In this document: piece by piece, positions 61,684 through 64,000 of the stretch
Position numbering within the stretch: the stretch's first letter is position 1
How the letters are laid out: each line of letters begins with the position of its first letter
Assembly (NCBI RefSeq): GCF_001447785.1
Contig: NW_015161964.1
Location: 227,944 to 291,943 of the forward strand
Source of the DNA: Gekko japonicus
Lineage: Eukaryota
DNA length: 64,000 bases
Reading direction: 5' to 3'
The notes under the pieces: model-generated
The model's input: only the letters and a program-made list of their open reading frames with translations
Told to the model about the DNA's origin: nothing
The model's database searches: none
Program-made: the position numbers and the translations under genes

Positions 61684-63728
61684 AATTAGGCCCTAAGAAC
61701 AGATTTTTTAAAAGATTATTATTTCAGTTAACTTGCCTTAAGATACTTAGTAAAGCAGTAGTCACCTAGCTCCTGTCCTGTTGCCCTTCCCTGTTCCTCC
61801 TGTGTTACTATATGAACAAGTATCAGAACAGCATACAGTACAAAGGGAGCAGCTCTTATGCATGTCTAAGTGCCCCGCAGCTGGAGCAGCAGGAGAAGAT
61901 TGGGCAGGGAACGCAGGCATGTCTGCCTGCCTGCCCTTCCCTTCTCCAGCCAGCCCACTGCAGCGGGTTGGCTGGGGAGGGGAAGGGGAGGCGGGAAGAC
62001 ATGCCCCCTTTTCCCCCTAAGCCTCTCTGCTTTTGCGGAGAAACTCGGGGGAGTGGGGGGATTTAAATGCCTTTCTTTCCCTTCCCCTGCCCGATCTTCT
62101 TCAGGTACCCCGCAGCATGTCTGCCTGCCTTTGGGTACTCTCAGGCACTGTGAAGGTGACAGGCTTCTCCTATTTTTCCTGGCATGTAACATTCAGAGGT
62201 GCATCGCTGCAGAACACAGAGGCAACCTTTAGATTTTACAAGGATTTCTATAGGCAGAGTTGGAATGTGGCTGGTATGAAGAGGTTTGGGTGGGTGGAGC
62301 CAGGGGAAGGTGTGAGGGAAATAGCTTTTGCTGGGAGGGTTACTTATTGCCTTCATTTATAGCCTGTCTTTCTCACTGAGACTCAAGGAGCATTACACAG
62401 TGTCAGTCAATGCAGTCAAATAGTATGAGATATGCAAAAAACAATGCAGCAGGATTAGGATTACAAAAATTAGAAACAATACCAAAAAGTAATAGACATT
62501 ATCAGTGAATGCAGAAAATGGTATTACAAAGGTGGGCATGTAGCACCACTTTTTAGAGGCATGAGCAAATCCTATGCAGTGTTCTGTAAATCCCAGATGA
62601 ATCCCCCAATATCTCAATTTAAAATGATTTCAAATTACAGAACTTGAACTGCAGACCTTGGAAAGGAGAGCACTGAGCTAAGTGGGCCAATTATTTGATT
62701 ACTGAGTATCAGGTGGCTTCAAATGTTCCAAAATGTTCTGAGTCACATTAGGAAATTTCTCAATGTACATGACAGAAACACACAACAGAAGTATACTTTT
62801 GTCATAGAAAAACAGTCTCAAATTAGTAAAATTAGTAAAAATCATATATGTTAATTTTTTATGAATTTCTTTTAGTAATATAGAAGAGTTAATGATCAAT
62901 TCACTACAACTGTGCCAACTGAGATGTTGCTGATTCAGAATTTTAAGTGATAAAAATGGGCTACTAGAAATTGATCTCTGTCAGTGCTATTTTTATCAAT
63001 ATGCAACTTGCCTCTTGAAATGAACAGTCTGGGAAGAAACTTAGACGCTAAAATCAAAACAGAAAATTATGAAACATTTATCAGTGTGAAATAAGACAAA
63101 CACAAACGTTTCTTTAAAAATTACTATACATCAGCCTGCTACACTGTCAATCCTCTTAAAATCTTCAAATGATTATGTGTGGCTAAATGTAATCGGTCTT
63201 ACTTTTAATGTAAAACCGGTGGCCAAGCTGAAACCCTTGAATTGGCTGCACATAAGAGACCCTAGGTGTACGTGCGATCTACATAGTTCTCCTTTTCCAT
63301 TTTTCTGAGCCAGAGGTGAAGTAACAACATGGGAGCCTACAAAGAGAAACAGCAGCAGCAAGCAAAAGCAGTTATCTGACCTACAGCTGTTGGGACAGCA
63401 AGGATGAAACTGCAGCAACCATGTAAGTTGGTAAGACCTGGGAAGACTGTAGATAGGATTGAATCCCAGCAGCACAGATGCAGAAGAACTACTAGTAAGA
63501 GGAAGTGTGGAAGTTGCATGGAAGACAGCTAAGGAGGAAGAATTTATGTAGTAATACATAATACTTATGTAGTAATACATGTGTTTTGTGGCTTTTAGCT
63601 ATGTGAAGATTTTTGTAAGGAATTCTTAGGAGATTTGGCTACCCCTTTTAGACAGCATTTGGCAAACAGAATGGTGCTGTCAGTATTTTTTCAGGGTGCA
63701 GGTTACTGCACTTCTAATACCAGTACTA

Positions 63729-64000
63729 GGGGCCACGGTGGCTCAGAGTTTAAGATTCTGAGCTGCAGACCTCAAAGTCGGTAGCTCGGCAGTTTGAGAC
63801 CCAAGTGCCATGTGACGGAGTGAGCTCCCGTCATTGGCCCCAGCTCCTGCCAACCTAGCAGTTCAAAAGCAAGAAATTGCAAGTAGATAAATAAGTACCA
63901 CTTTGGTGGGAAGGTAAAAGCATTCTGTGCGCCTTGGTGTTTAGTCATGCCGGTTACATGACCATGGAAAAGTCTTTGAACAGCTCTGGCTCGGTTTGGA
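63729..64000 (+). mobile_element. Sauria-type SINE (older copy, cut by the window edge)
   Basis: Homologous to 4225-4580 and 56372-56729. Confidence 0.9.

Overview
Vertebrate (eukaryotic) genomic DNA, almost certainly a squamate reptile and probably a gecko, judged from Sauria-type SINEs, Squam3-like SINEs, BovB, CR1, L2, RTEX-like and Penelope retroelements. The window lies inside the neurobeachin gene (NBEA, minus strand). Only one NBEA exon is visible (137 bp, 50678-50814, start of the BEACH-associated PH domain), and the >50 kb intron to its left hosts the intronless nested antisense gene MAB21L1 (+ strand, CDS 47136-48215, 359 aa) in a largely transposon-free, CpG-island-rich block (about 41.3-55 kb). 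Notable points: (i) the MAB21L1 frame is open 109 codons upstream of the AUG, with UUG codons in strong Kozak context (possible non-AUG N-terminal extension), one short uORF and a (CAG)7 repeat; (ii) consensus splice donors point in both directions from the MAB21L1 promoter region; (iii) a four-level nested transposon stack at 14.2-21.8 kb can be reconstructed from target-site duplications; (iv) a Penelope terminus carries a minimal hammerhead ribozyme core; (v) a young BovB copy has an uninterrupted 3' ORF. No prokaryotic-type systems (CRISPR, operons) are present. Repeat family names come from motif recognition, not database searches. There are four assembly gaps (N runs).
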